A stretch of DNA of 62,000 nucleotides from Octopus sinensis (taxonomy: Eukaryota). A program made the position numbers and the translations under genes. Below the pieces are notes generated by a model. The model made no database searches. It was given only the letters and a program-made list of their open reading frames with translations, and had not been told where the DNA came from. Below, piece after piece: positions 12,714 to 25,096 of the stretch (position 1 is the first letter of the stretch; every line of letters begins with the position of its first letter). The DNA lies in contig NW_021832244.1 of the NCBI RefSeq assembly GCF_006345805.1, forward strand, positions 1 through 62,000, in the 5' to 3' direction.

Positions 12714-12956
12714 CAGTGGTTCGCAACCGGTCAATATAACCCTTGGACCTCCATAAAGATCTTTTTGGTTATAATTTATCAGCAATACATTGGTTACTCT
12801 TCTACAATGCACAAAATATTTTAGCAATTTATTTATGCAATTCCAAATATTTAATCATAAAAATATAATGATACGATTAAATAATACGTTAAATGGCCAT
12901 AAAGGTCCACCAGAGTAAAATAAATATCACTGGCAAAAGCTGGTTGCGAACCGTTG
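12714..12956. mobile_element. hAT-superfamily MITE (243 bp)
   Basis: TIRs CAGTGGTTCGCAACC / GGTTGCGAACCGTTG (13/15). Degenerate 8-bp TSD TTCTGAGT / TTCGTAGT. Confidence 0.75.
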
Positions 12957-13084
12957 TTCGTAGTAGTCACTAGATCTCAAAGATATAGCAGCTACATTTT
13001 ACTCAAAGTTCAATTTACTACAAAATTTATCGATCTACAATAACTAAATCCTGTAAATAATATTCCATAACAAAAAATGGTGAT

Positions 13085-13250
13085 ACATTATGTACATTTG
13101 ACGGCTATTTGTCCTCATGTTGTTTGTTGTTAACACAACGTTTTGGCTGATATACGTTCCAGGTGTGTTGGGAAAATATCGAACCTGGGTTCTCATTCCT
13201 AAATATCCGTCAAATATCCGTCAAATGTAAATAATGTAAATAATGTACAT
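13085..13250 (-). mobile_element. Old fold-back element with hammerhead remnant
   Basis: 13085-13110 is the reverse complement of 13212-13237 (24/26). Minus strand 13133-13166 reads ACAC-CUG..CAGCC-AAAA-CG-UU-GUGU. Confidence 0.5.
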
Positions 13251-14000
13251 AATTCCTCATCTCTTGAATATAGAACTGAAAAAATGGTGATGTTACGATT
13301 AGCGAGTCGACAGGACGAAAGAGGAGTCTGAGACTATTGCTCATATTTAGCCCAAGGCTAACCCCAGTGAGCATGCCTATAGTTGTCATTACTGATTGGC
13401 CTCCAGGTCAGATCAGACTTTGCAAACCTATGATGAAAAGCGTCCCAATTATGACAATCCCGCCTTCTTTCTCAGCTCGGGGAAGCCAAGACTACGTTAT
13501 CCAAAGCATTCTTCCCTAAAACATTGCGATGCAATATGAGGGAGATTCTGCTGCTATTTCTTGCATACTAAATAACCACATAGAGGTTCTGTCGATGGTG
13601 TACCATGGAGACTATTACGGATAGGTTTAGAGAAGGGGTTAGAGGGGGTTCGTAGGGAAAGGGGTGGGGTTTGGTTGTGACAATAGATGGTATAGGTGTC
13701 AGTGGTAATATTGAATGTGTGATGCTGGTTGCACTGGTGGTGGTGGTGGTGGTGGGAGGTGATGGTTGCGGTGGGGGGTTTTCTTGTAGTTTGCGTAGAT
13801 GACAGCATTGTTTGTGGTACTCGTGGTTGAAGTGGTGTGGTAGTGACGTTGTGGTGTGTGTGTATCTATATATGAGTACATGTGTGTGTGTATATATATA
13901 TTTATATTTATATATATACATGCATAAACACATATAGTTATGCATACATATAAATATGTATGTATATATATATTCATATACATATACATACACACACACA

Positions 14001-14145
14001 CATATATATGTACATACATACGTTTATACATATTCCTTTATATATGTATCCAACTATCTATGGGTATATATTTTTATCTATATACGGGCGAATATATATG
14101 TATGCGTGTATATATTATATATATGTGTGTGGGTGAGTGTGTGTA

Positions 14146-14181
<36 letters not shown>

Positions 14182-14363
14182 CAAATGCATATATATATAT
14201 ATATATAATACACACACACACATATATATGTACATAACATACGTTTATACATATTCCTTTATATATGTATCCAACTATCTATGGTATATATTTTTATCTA
14301 TATACGGGCGAATATATATGTAGCGTGTATATATATATATATGTGTGTGTGTGAGTGTGTGTA

Positions 14364-14399
<36 letters not shown>

Positions 14400-14440
14400 C
14401 AAATGCATATACATATATATACATAATACACACACACACA
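14001..14440. repeat. 220-bp direct tandem duplication of low-complexity sequence
   Basis: The unique core TATTCCTTTATATATGTATCCAACTATCTATGG..TACGGGCGAAT is repeated with period 220. Confidence 0.85.
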
Positions 14441-14456
14441 ATATATATATATATAT

Positions 14457-14490
<34 letters not shown>

Positions 14491-14891
14491 ATATATATGT
14501 ATGTATATATATATAATGTATATATATATGTATGTATATATATATATTATGTATATATACATCGCAGGGGTTGACTAGTTAAGCTCCGAGCAGGAACATG
14601 TGACTGGCGCCTCTGTTGACACTAGACTAAAGATGTCAGTTCTGTTGATAGCTCTTCATTGACATCACCACCGCTACCGCCACCACCACAACAAGCACCA
14701 CTTCTACAACAGCCAACACCACCACCACCACCACCACCGGTGTTCACCGCCGCCTTGGTGCACTATTTCTCTCCATACGCTTTGTAGGAAAGCATGTAGT
14801 TTGTTGTGTGTGTACTTAAAACTTGTGTGTTTTCTCCAGCTAACGTCGTTGTCGACATTTCTTCAATACTGACACATACATGCATACATGG

Positions 14892-14944
<53 letters not shown>

Positions 14945-14992
14945 TGTGTATATATTTATAGATACATTTATATATATATATTTATAGAAGGT

Positions 14993-15207
14993 GGCGAGCT
15001 GGCAGAGACGTTAGCGCGCCGGGCGAAATGCGTAGCGGTGTTACGTTCTGAGTTCAAATTCCGCCGAGGTCGACTTTGCCTTTCATCCTTTCGGGGTCGA
15101 TAAATTAAGTACCAATTACGCACTGGGGTCGATGTAATTGACTTAATCCGTTTGTCTGTCCTTGTTTGTCCCCTCTGTGTTTAGCCCCTTGTGGGCAGCA
15201 AAGAAAT
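14993..15207 (+). mobile_element. tRNA-derived SINE family A (tail 1)
   Basis: Head GGCGAGCTGGCAGA, B-box-like GAGTTCAAATTCC, body CTTTCATCCTTTCGGGGTCGATAAA, tail ...GTGGGCAGCAAAGAAAT followed by (GTAT)n. Confidence 0.88.
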
Positions 15208-15442
15208 GTATGTATGTATGTATGTATGTATGTATGTGTATGTATGTTATGTATGTATGTATGTATGTATGTATGTATGTATGTATGATGTATGTATGTA
15301 TGGATGTATGTATGTATGTATGTCTGTATGATGTATGTATGATGTTGTATGTATGTATGTATGTATGTATGTATGATGTATGTATGTATGTATGTATGTA
15401 TGTATGTATGTATGTATGTATGTATGTATGTATGTATGTATG
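15208..15442. repeat. (TATG)n tetranucleotide microsatellite
   Basis: Seen directly; forms the SINE tail. Confidence 0.95.
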
Positions 15443-15851
15443 TGCGTGCGTGCGTACGTACGTACGTATACACCTACTATGCGTGTATATATATATACAC
15501 AGACACAGGCATACCTCTCTGTTTATATCTCTAAGCCTCACACTTCCTCGTTTAGATGCTCTTTCTCTCTCTTATATCCATTCATCTCTATTTCCCTCTC
15601 TCTATTTCTTTCTCGCATTTCTCCTCCTTTCCCTCTTTCTTTGTCTCTACACCTCCCCTTCCTCCTCCTGCTCTGTATTTGTCGTATCACTCCTAAATGT
15701 AGCGTGGGTCCACTATTAAAACCTTTAGGGTCTCCCTTTTATCATGCTACAATGGCAGCCATCTTAGTATATTTAATTAAACTGTTATAATTGCGTCGAC
15801 TAATTAACTTTACTTTCATAGTTAATATTTCCAAAATACCAAAGCAACGAC

Positions 15852-16230
15852 TGGCAACGACGGACAAGTTGCTTAGCGGTATTTCGTCTGCCGCTACGTT
15901 CTGAGTTCAAATTCCGCCGAGGCCTACTTTGCCTTTCATCCTTTCGGAGTGGATCAAATAACTACCAGTTGCGCACTGGGGTCGATATAATTGACTTAAT
16001 CCGTTTGTCAGTCTTGTTAATCCTCTCTGTGTTTAGCCCCTTGTGGATAGTAAAGAAATAAGTATTTCGTCTGTCTCTACGTTCTGAGTTCAAATTCCAT
16101 TGCGGTCTAGTTTGCCTTTCATACTTTGGGTTGAATAGAATAAGTACCAACTGAATACTTGGGTCGCTGTAATCGATATACACCTTCCCCCGCATTTGCT
16201 GGCCTTGTGCCAAAATTTGAAACCGATATT
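15852..16230 (+). mobile_element. SINE family A dimer (unit ~183 bp)
   Basis: GTATTTCGTCTG occurs at 15879 and 16062. The first unit ends in tail 1 and the second in tail 2 (GCTGGCCTTGTGCCAAAATTTGAAAC). Confidence 0.8.
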
Positions 16231-17140
16231 TACAAATATTTATATCTTTACTAATTAAACGATTTATTTGATACCTTGTCGGGCCCGGATGCCTTATTCT
16301 TCAGTCTCTACATTGATTGGTTTATCAAAACCACCACCGCCACCACCCCGATTGCAATTGCCATAACCACTACCATCAGTACCACCACAACACCACGACC
16401 ACTGGCATCAACACCACAACTACAATCACATCGAAAAGCACTACCATCACTTACATGAGTAGATTTCCCTATGTCACATGTTCAGGGGTAATTTGAACGA
16501 GTTTTTTCTCATTTCTTCTGCCAGTCTAAGACACCCTGGAATAAGGTCATCCTAGAGGCTATGCGAAAAGCCTTTTTGTTGCTCTCTGCCCTTTACATTT
16601 TGGGGGTTTCGCTGCACCCGGGTCATTTGGCAACCCTTTGGCTCTTTATAAATTTCTGTTGCATAATATAACTTGTGCCTACCCTTGTATGATTATAGAC
16701 ATATACATGGCTGGTATGGTTGTACACAATACAGCAAGAGGCGTATAAATATCATAAACTATATCTATTTATTTGCATAACGTAGTTGCGATCTTCGAGA
16801 TTATGTGTCCATCATGCCTGTACCACGCTACGCTGCTCAACGAAGGACGAAGCAAGTACATCCGGTGTTATTTCTTATATTGTCTGTTCTGGATCGTGTC
16901 ACTTCAATCATTTCGTCCGTTATATGTTATTTATTTAATCCATTATTTCTATGCATTAGACTTTTTCAGATGTGCGAAATAAAGTTCGAAAATAGATAAA
17001 GGTTGTTTATCATTTTTTTTATCCAGTCTGCAGAGAAATGGTTAATATTTGAACAGTTTATAATTATACCATATGTTACACACACACTTACACACACATA
17101 CACACACACACACATACACACGCATATATATATATATATA

Positions 17141-17355
17141 CTTTATTTAAAGCAGCAGAAAATTCAACAAAACTCGTTCGTCGGACAGTTTTTGTTAGAA
17201 TCCTAGCAAAAACTGTCCGACGAACGGGAACGTCAAACTCAGAGTAACAGGTTTTGTTGAATTTTCTGCTGCTTTAAATAAAGCATATTACTCTACCACT
17301 GGTATTTGAGTACTCTTTTTTCCACCTTGTTTCACAAGTATGTGTTTACTCCGGT
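17141..17355 (+). mobile_element. TA-flanked fold-back element (family E) with hammerhead-like motif
   Basis: Perfect 33-bp IR (17141-17173 / 17251-17283) plus a 20-bp IR (17175-17194 / 17207-17226), with (TA)n on both flanks. Confidence 0.8.
17207..17256 (+). ncRNA. Hammerhead-like motif (U4C and G12C core changes)
   Basis: CAAAAACUGU-CCGACGA-ACG GGAA CGU-CAAA-CUC A GAG-UA-ACAGGUUUUG. All three helices can pair. Confidence 0.6.
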
Positions 17356-17376
17356 ATATATATATATATATATATT

Positions 17377-17414
<38 letters not shown>

Positions 17415-17445
17415 TATATATATTATATAGATAGAGAGAGAGAGA

Positions 17446-17476
<31 letters not shown>

Positions 17477-17477
<1 letters not shown>

Positions 17478-17630
17478 CGATGGGCTTCTTTCAGTTTCTG
17501 TCTGCGAAATCCATTCACATGGCTTTGGCTGACTCCAGTAGAAGACACTTACTTGCCGAAGGTGCCATGCAGTGGGAATGAACATGTAGTTGTAAAGCAA
17601 GATTTTAACCACGCAGTCACGTCTGCGCCA
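17477..17630 (-). mobile_element. SINE family B (5' module)
   Basis: Reverse complement of the tRNA-like head, CCTTCGGCAAGT core and GAAAGAAGCCC end. Confidence 0.8.
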
Positions 17631-18015
17631 ATAGGCAAAAAATAAAAATTATGTGTCTTTGCATAGTCAAAAGTGAAGGTAGATGTATCATACGCCACAA
17701 AATAACGTATTTCTAGAAAGTGAAAGTAACTGAGTATTTGTGCGTTCCTGGAAAATGAAATGGCGGAAGGGCAAATGTATTCAATAACGATAGAAGAGCT
17801 ATGTATTGCAAAGTATCCATGCTACCAGCATTTCACTCTGATGATGAGACCCAGATCTTAAAATCTTAATTTACATAGAAATACTATTTTTAGAAACGAC
17901 ATATGAATGTTCAATGAGGCAACAAGAAAGAAATATGTTTTAAATACTTCATATACGTATATATATATATATATATGTTTATCTATATCTATCTATCTAT
18001 ATCTATCTATCTATC

Positions 18016-18067
<52 letters not shown>

Positions 18068-18075
18068 TGTGTATG

Positions 18076-18106
<31 letters not shown>

Positions 18107-18125
18107 GATAGATAGATAGATAGAT

Positions 18126-18178
<53 letters not shown>

Positions 18179-18287
18179 TATACATAGACATATATAAGGA
18201 TAGATTTACACACACAAACACACACGCGTGCACACACACACACACACATACACACACACACATACACACACATACACACACACACAC

Positions 18288-18326
<39 letters not shown>

Positions 18327-18993
18327 CAGATAGATCTGTATATAGATAGATAGAAAAGACAAACAGACAGACAGACAGAGACTTATACATAAAAATGTGT
18401 AAAGAATACAAAACTACTTAGACAAATTAATAAACAAAATAATGAAGTCAATGACAGATAAATCCTGCTTTTATGGTTGTCCTGTTGAGTCCTACTTTTC
18501 CTTAATTACCATCTTGTCCTGCCCCTCTCTCTCTTCTTTTCTCACTTCTCTAATTTTTCTCTTTCTTTTTCCCCCTCTATTTCATCTCTGCATTTCGCCC
18601 TTTCTCTTGTCTCTTTGTCCCACTTTAACCTCCTCTGCACGTGGCTTCCTTTCTACTTCCCTCCCAAAATACTTACGAAATGTCTTGCCATCTGTCCAAC
18701 ATCAAACATAATGTGATAAAGACTTCCCTGATGAACCTTTGTGCTTGAAAATCGAATGCAAACTTCCAAATTACCACAATGGGGAAACATACGTAGAAAT
18801 AAATGATATAATCTAGTGTTTATCGCCATTTTTGCAAACATTTGTTCGGATTTCCATAACTATTAATATTACTAAACATACTATGGTTAGCAACTATACT
18901 GAAAGAAGACGGGAGCAGTAAAATTATTAGTAACAGATTTACATATATACATATAAATACACACACACATATATATGTGTGTGGGTGTAGCAG

Positions 18994-19050
<57 letters not shown>

Positions 19051-19065
19051 CACATATATATATAT

Positions 19066-19138
<73 letters not shown>

Positions 19139-19469
19139 ATTAACCAAGGACACATTAAGTATATCTACCAGCTGGAAATAACAGTCAAAAATCTTATTTC
19201 CAGTAGGTAGACATATACTTAGTATGTTCTTTGATTAATTTTAATCCTTCAGCTATTTAGTGGGGGTTTTCTGGGGAAATGGGGGCCTGCAATTGCCTTT
19301 GTTATTGATTCTGTTATTATCATTTTTAAATTGTTACTCTAGATAATAACAAAGTCAATGGTATCTTCGCAAATTATTTTTGGCGAATTATTTTTTCTCG
19401 TGAATTATTTGCTCCGTATTGAAATTATATATATATATGTGTGTGTGTGTATGTGTGTGTAAGTATGTA

Positions 19470-19884
19470 TACTCTTTTACTTGTTTCAGTCATTTGACTG
19501 CGGCCATGCTGGAGCACCGCCTTTAATCGAGCAACTCGACCCCGGGACTTATTCTTTGTAAGCCCAGTACTTATTCTATCAGTCTGTTTTGCCGAACCGC
19601 TAAGTGACGGGAACATAAACACACCAGCATCGGTTGTCAAGCAATGCTAGGGGGGACAAACACAGACACACAAACACACACACACATACATATATACATA
19701 TATACACATATACATATATGCGACGGGATTCTTTCAGTTTCCGTCTACCAAATCCACTCACAAGGCTTTGGTCGGCCCGAGGCTATAGTAGAAGACACTT
19801 TCCCAAGGTGCCACGCAGTAGGACTGAACCCGGAACTATGTGGCTGGTAAGCAAGCTACTTACCACACAGCCACTCCTGCGCCT
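19470..19884 (-). mobile_element. Full bipartite SINE B/C with internal (CA)/(TA) microsatellite
   Basis: The minus strand carries TGGCTGTGTGG (A box), GGTTCAGTCCT (B box), the CTTGGGAAAGTGTCTT core, a microsatellite and a C module ending GAAACAAGTAAAAGAGTA. Confidence 0.88.
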
Positions 19885-20289
19885 GTATGTACGTATATAT
19901 ATCATAAAACGTAATATGTGTTACATCAGTTACGGTGGAAAGGAAGACTAACACAACAAGTGGTGTGGGAGTGGGTGACAGTCAGTGACGCTGAAAGACA
20001 GGCGTTCGACGTTCAAAGGTGTTGCTCTGTAGGCGCTGATATCTTAATCAAAAATAAAACTGAAAATTTCTACCGTATATTGTATTTAGTTATCAGTTTT
20101 ACACACACGCGAATATATATATATATGAAATGAATCATTAAACAATCTTCTCTCCGCAAACGCGCAAGCGCACACGCAAACATTCATGCAAACACAAACA
20201 AACACACAAAGTCAGATACAGGTTTTTGTATGTATGTATGTATGTATGCATGCATGCATATGTCAGGTCACTTTCGAGTTGCTACTGGT

Positions 20290-20812
20290 AACATGTAACC
20301 CAGTACAACTTGTTGCATGGTCGTCGGCGACTAAACCGGCAACCCCACCAAGCTTGCTTGGTGAGGAGGGTGTTTATTGGACACACTGCGAGATGAAAAA
20401 CAAAACCCGTCAAAGGGCGGAGGAACTCTTGAGAGTCAACGGCCATCCAATAATTGTCTTAAGGCTGTATCATGCGCGGGGACATAGAAATAATCGGACT
20501 GAATACCCGATCGCGCGGTTAAACCATTGGGAGTGAAGGACTCCTAGCCTTTGTTAGGGCACCCTTCTAGGACAAGGTAACTCTGGTAACTGGGATAACT
20601 CCGACATAAAATCTGCGGTTCAGTGGTTACCGATGATGTTGACTTGTTCTTCTTTTCGGATTATGACTGCTGTTGCTTAGTGAGTGGGATTGACTCTGTG
20701 CACAGCCTTTCCTCACTTAAAAAAATCTTCTTGCACAGGCATTGCACGATAACAACATTGATTAAGCTTCGTGCAATGGCCATACTCGATAAGGAGGGGG
20801 CAGCCACCATGT
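20290..20812 (+). mobile_element. Probable RTE-derived non-autonomous element (5' UTR-like part joined to a 3' end)
   Basis: CTAGGACAAGGTAACTCTG resembles RTE 5' UTR motifs (from memory). The 3' part reads KLRAMAILDKEG and is followed by (ATGT)n. Confidence 0.45.
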
Positions 20813-20835
20813 ATGTATGTATTTATGTAAAGAAA

Positions 20836-21102
20836 AATAGAACTCTTTAAATTTGTACACCGGGCAAAATGCTTACTCCTTAACGACATCCTCCCGTAGT
20901 CTTTAAAATAAGCCCCTCTTGAAAATTGGGGTCTATGTAATCGACCTACAACCTCCTCTGAAATACCTGGCCTTGTGCTAGAATTTGAAATCAATACATA
21001 TGTACGTAAACACAGTCATACACACGCACATACATATATATAAGTAAATACACACACAGTTCAAATTTCGCCGGGGTTAGCATTGTCTTTCATCCTTTCG
21101 GA
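20836..21102. repeat. 267-bp segment duplicated at 25723-25998
   Basis: Near-identical unique sequence, including a chimeric SINE-A remnant. Confidence 0.9.
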
Positions 21103-21390
21103 GGTCGATAAAGCAAGTACCAGTTGTGTACTGGGATCGATATTGCTGGCCTTGTGCCAAAATATAAAATCGATATAAGAGGGTTATAGCCTGAAAGAAG
21201 CTGCATCTTAATATTATGTAGGTTTATGCAAGTAATGCGGCAAAAGGTGCCAACCCGATACGCCCACTACCCCCGCCCTCACGTATCTCCCTTCTCATAT
21301 TAATATATTTGTCATAAGCTCCCTCGTTCTTTCTCTTTTCTTTTTCCTCCCCTCCGTCATCTCATCCTTATCACCATATCCAGCACCATT

Positions 21391-21433
<43 letters not shown>

Positions 21434-21835
21434 CTACAATCATCATCATGATCATCATCACCATCATCATCATCAACATCATCATGAACGGTTCTACATC
21501 TATGCACTTACTTAATAAGCGAGGAAGTCACAAATTTAATCCTGCGACCTACTTAAATATTACACAGCACTGAATAGGTTACTGTTGTTGTTGTTGTTAT
21601 AGTTGTATGTGGTCGAGCAGAAATACCCAGCTTGATAAACGAATGGGCACCACTGTGTCTAATACTAATCCTTTGGATAATACAGCTAGGATGGGTGGAG
21701 ATAATCGTGGCTAAAACCGCAACAAAAAGAGAGAAGAAAGACTGGAAATGTCGAATCAAATATGAAGGCTGGACGAAACCCAACACACGAGATTTGCAAG
21801 AGAAGGTGCCGATCGATATACACACACACATACAC

Positions 21836-21873
<38 letters not shown>

Positions 21874-22234
21874 ATACACACACGCGCGCAAACGCGCATA
21901 CACGCTGATACGCACGCCAGCTTATAGATACACCCGCATACATCTTTTATCTTTTTGTCTACTTGTTGAGGGATTAGACTGCGGCCATGCTGTGGCTCTA
22001 CTTTGAAGGGTTTCAGTCGAATGCATTGCCTACCCACCCCCACCAGTACTTATTCTCAAGTTTGGTACTTATGCTATCGTATTCTTTTGCTAGACTACAA
22101 AGTTGCGGGGGCCTTGTGCAAACTATTACCGGTTACCAAGTACTTGGAGAAACACAACCATAAGCACAAACATACACAAACATATCATATACATATATAC
22201 ATACACATAGATAAATAGATAGATAGACAGATAG

Positions 22235-22265
<31 letters not shown>

Positions 22266-22286
22266 GATAGATAGATAAATAGATAA

Positions 22287-22343
<57 letters not shown>

Positions 22344-22355
22344 CAGATAGATAGT

Positions 22356-22388
<33 letters not shown>

Positions 22389-22389
<1 letters not shown>

Positions 22390-22761
22390 TGTTTCTTTAT
22401 TAGCCACACAGGGCTGCACACAGATAGAACAAATTACAAGGTAGAGCTTTTCTTTTGAAGGTTTAAAAAAAATAAAAAATAAAAAATAAAAAATAAAAAA
22501 TAAGAAAAAAATAAAAAAAAAAAAAAAAAAAAAAATAAAAAAGGGGGGGTCGATCAAAAGGGATCGTAAAAGGAGAGAAAGAGGACAAAAAAAAAGGGGG
22601 GGTTAAAAAAAAGGGGGAGAGGAAAAAAATTGATCAATAGGGATCGTTATCACAGAAATGTCAATATGAAGTGTAAAGGGGGGGACAGGTGAGGTTTACC
22701 CGTGGAAAGAAAAGCCTACGGAAAAGACCACGGTAACCTCGGTCAATGAAGTCACATGTTA
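22389..22761 (-). mobile_element. 3' end of retroposon with AATAAA and (TATC)n tail, copy 1 (possibly L1/Tx1-like)
   Basis: The minus strand ends CCCTGTGTGGCTAATAAAGAAACAT(ATCT)n. No ORF is retained. Confidence 0.6.
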
Positions 22762-22816
22762 TATTTCTTTTTTTTTTTTTTTTTTTATAGATAGATAGAT
22801 AGATAGATAGACAGAC

Positions 22817-22857
<41 letters not shown>

Positions 22858-22866
22858 TATAGATAA

Positions 22867-22947
<81 letters not shown>

Positions 22948-22964
22948 CAGACAGGTAGATAGAT

Positions 22965-23198
22965 ATGTTTCTTTATTAGCCACACAGGGGTGAACACAGA
23001 TGGGACAAATTATAAAGTAGAGCTTTTCTTTTTTGGGAGGAAAAAAGGTGGGGTAGAAAAAAATCGATCAATAGGGATCGTGTATCACAGAAATGTCATC
23101 ATGTAAAGTGTAAGGGGGGAAGCAGATAAGGTTTATCCGTGGAAAGAAAAGCCTACGGAAAAGACCACGGTAACCTCGGTCAATAATGTCACATGTTA
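22965..23198 (-). mobile_element. 3' end of the same retroposon, copy 2, with (TATC)n tail
   Basis: Homologous to 22389-22761; homology ends at the same GTCACATGTTA. Confidence 0.6.
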
Positions 23199-23590
23199 AC
23201 ACATTTATTTGCAAGTAAGTCACCCTCTGTTTTAAATTTTTCCGGATTCATAGGTCATATGCGCAGCGGTTGAATCCGCCGCGCATAACACCCTTTGAGG
23301 GTCCATATAAAATGTTGTTAAAATTCCGAATAAAATGATTTTTATGGACATGGAATGGCTATGGAGGTCCAGTAAAAAAAATTCGAATCGAAGGGATCCA
23401 TAAGCAAAAAATATGGTTGAGAATCAGTAATGCAGAGGGTCATTTATTCTGAAAATCTTAGTTTATCCATTGTTGTTTGGGTATTTTACTCACAATACCA
23501 AGAGCAGCCGTTGTTGTTCGTATAATATGAGAATATAAACTTTCTTCGGCATAATACAATTACTACTCCCAATAGTAATAATAATGATAC

Positions 23591-23672
<82 letters not shown>

Positions 23673-23673
<1 letters not shown>

Positions 23674-24216
23674 CCCTGATGCAGTGCCAGGCAGTGGCTC
23701 TCATGGCTTCTAATCTTAACTGATTGCAAGTGTTATCATGTACATTGTTTCGCCTTGGTATAAAAGATGGACTACAGCAAATATTCTGCTCAATACCACA
23801 GATTTGCTTGTCACTTGCTTGACCTTAACCAGTTGAGCATGACCATTAGTGAATGACAATATGTGCATCTCTGATCACGAGTAGAAGTAGTTGGGGAACA
23901 TCATAACCATGTGTTGAGAGGAATTTTTGTGGGGTTTGAACAGTTCACCTTCGGAAACATGGGTGCTTTGTTCAACATCCTTAAACAACCCTTGTGCAGG
24001 GATCTTTTCAGCGGGATGGGATACTCGACCTGAAGGAAATTCTAACTGGGCCCCACTTGGAAGGTCATGCGCTGTTTATCTTGATATGTGATTACCATGT
24101 CGCGCACGTATGGTTGTGATACGTGTGCGTTATCAAACGATTAGTCATGATGTGTGTACTGGGCTACGTATATTTTACCCCAGTTCACTTTGATTGGATG
24201 CATAGCTCTCTCACTC
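23673..24216 (+). mobile_element. ORF-less ~545-bp (TAA)n-embedded element X, copy 1
   Basis: Starts GCCCTGATGCAG and ends CTCTCTCACTC. (AAT)n lies on both sides. Homologous end to end with 46579-47132. Confidence 0.85.
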
Positions 24217-24232
24217 AATAATGATAATAATA

Positions 24233-24312
<80 letters not shown>

Positions 24313-24358
24313 ATAATAATAATAATAATAACAATAACAATAATAATAATAATAATAA

Positions 24359-24635
24359 GGCGAGAGACATAACAGGTTAGCTTGGGAGGTTAATGTTGTG
24401 GTCAATGAAAAAGGTAGTTGCAGTCCCAATAATTGTCGGATCCCTCGGAACAGTGAGCAAAAATCTTGAGAAGTACATGCAACAAATAGGTGCTGTAATA
24501 AGGGTGGAGCACTTGCAGACTACAGCACTGCTTGGAACCGCTCGAATACTCCGGAATGTGCTCGAAAAATAAGATGTGTTATCTTAGTTCACTGGTAGAG
24601 AACAGCTGACACCGTAGAAGCGGAGCAAAATCAAT
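24359..24635 (+). mobile_element. 5'-truncated R4/Dong-type element (family 4)
   Basis: Translation gives WSMKKVVAVPIIVGSLGTVSKNLEKYMQQIG..TALLGTARILRNVLEK* (stop 24570-24572), flanked by TAA repeats. Confidence 0.85.
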
Positions 24636-24687
24636 AAATGATAATAATGATAATAAAATATTAACAATGTTATTGTCTCTACTACTA

Positions 24688-24723
<36 letters not shown>

Positions 24724-24751
24724 TACTACTACTACTACTACACTACTACTA

Positions 24752-24792
<41 letters not shown>

Positions 24793-25096
24793 ACTACTAC
24801 TACTAATGCTGCTGCTACTTCTAGTATTATTATTGCTACTACTATCGTCATTGCGAAAAGAGGATGTTTTGGTAACAGGTACCATGCCATCACTAATTGT
24901 TTCAGATGCTTGTGTAGTCTCCAGTAGACATAGACCCCTCCGTTCTTGTTCCCTCGACCAAACGGAACAGGATGTAAGGGGCTAAGGGAGAGAAAGCTTT
25001 GTTCCTGTACTCAATTGATACTCATTCACAGTGGTGTTACACAGTCGTTCCATTTATCACCCATAATAGAGTGGAGCTTCTTTTGATGAACTCGCT

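Noticed and set aside
14001-14440. 220-bp tandem duplication as a functional repeat
   Set aside because: Low-complexity and near-identical; simple slippage or an assembly artefact is sufficient.
17830-17875. CTGATGA with a possible stem II
   Set aside because: No GAAA, helix I or helix III.
18722-18765. CTGATGA...GAAA
   Set aside because: Stem II and helix I do not pair convincingly.
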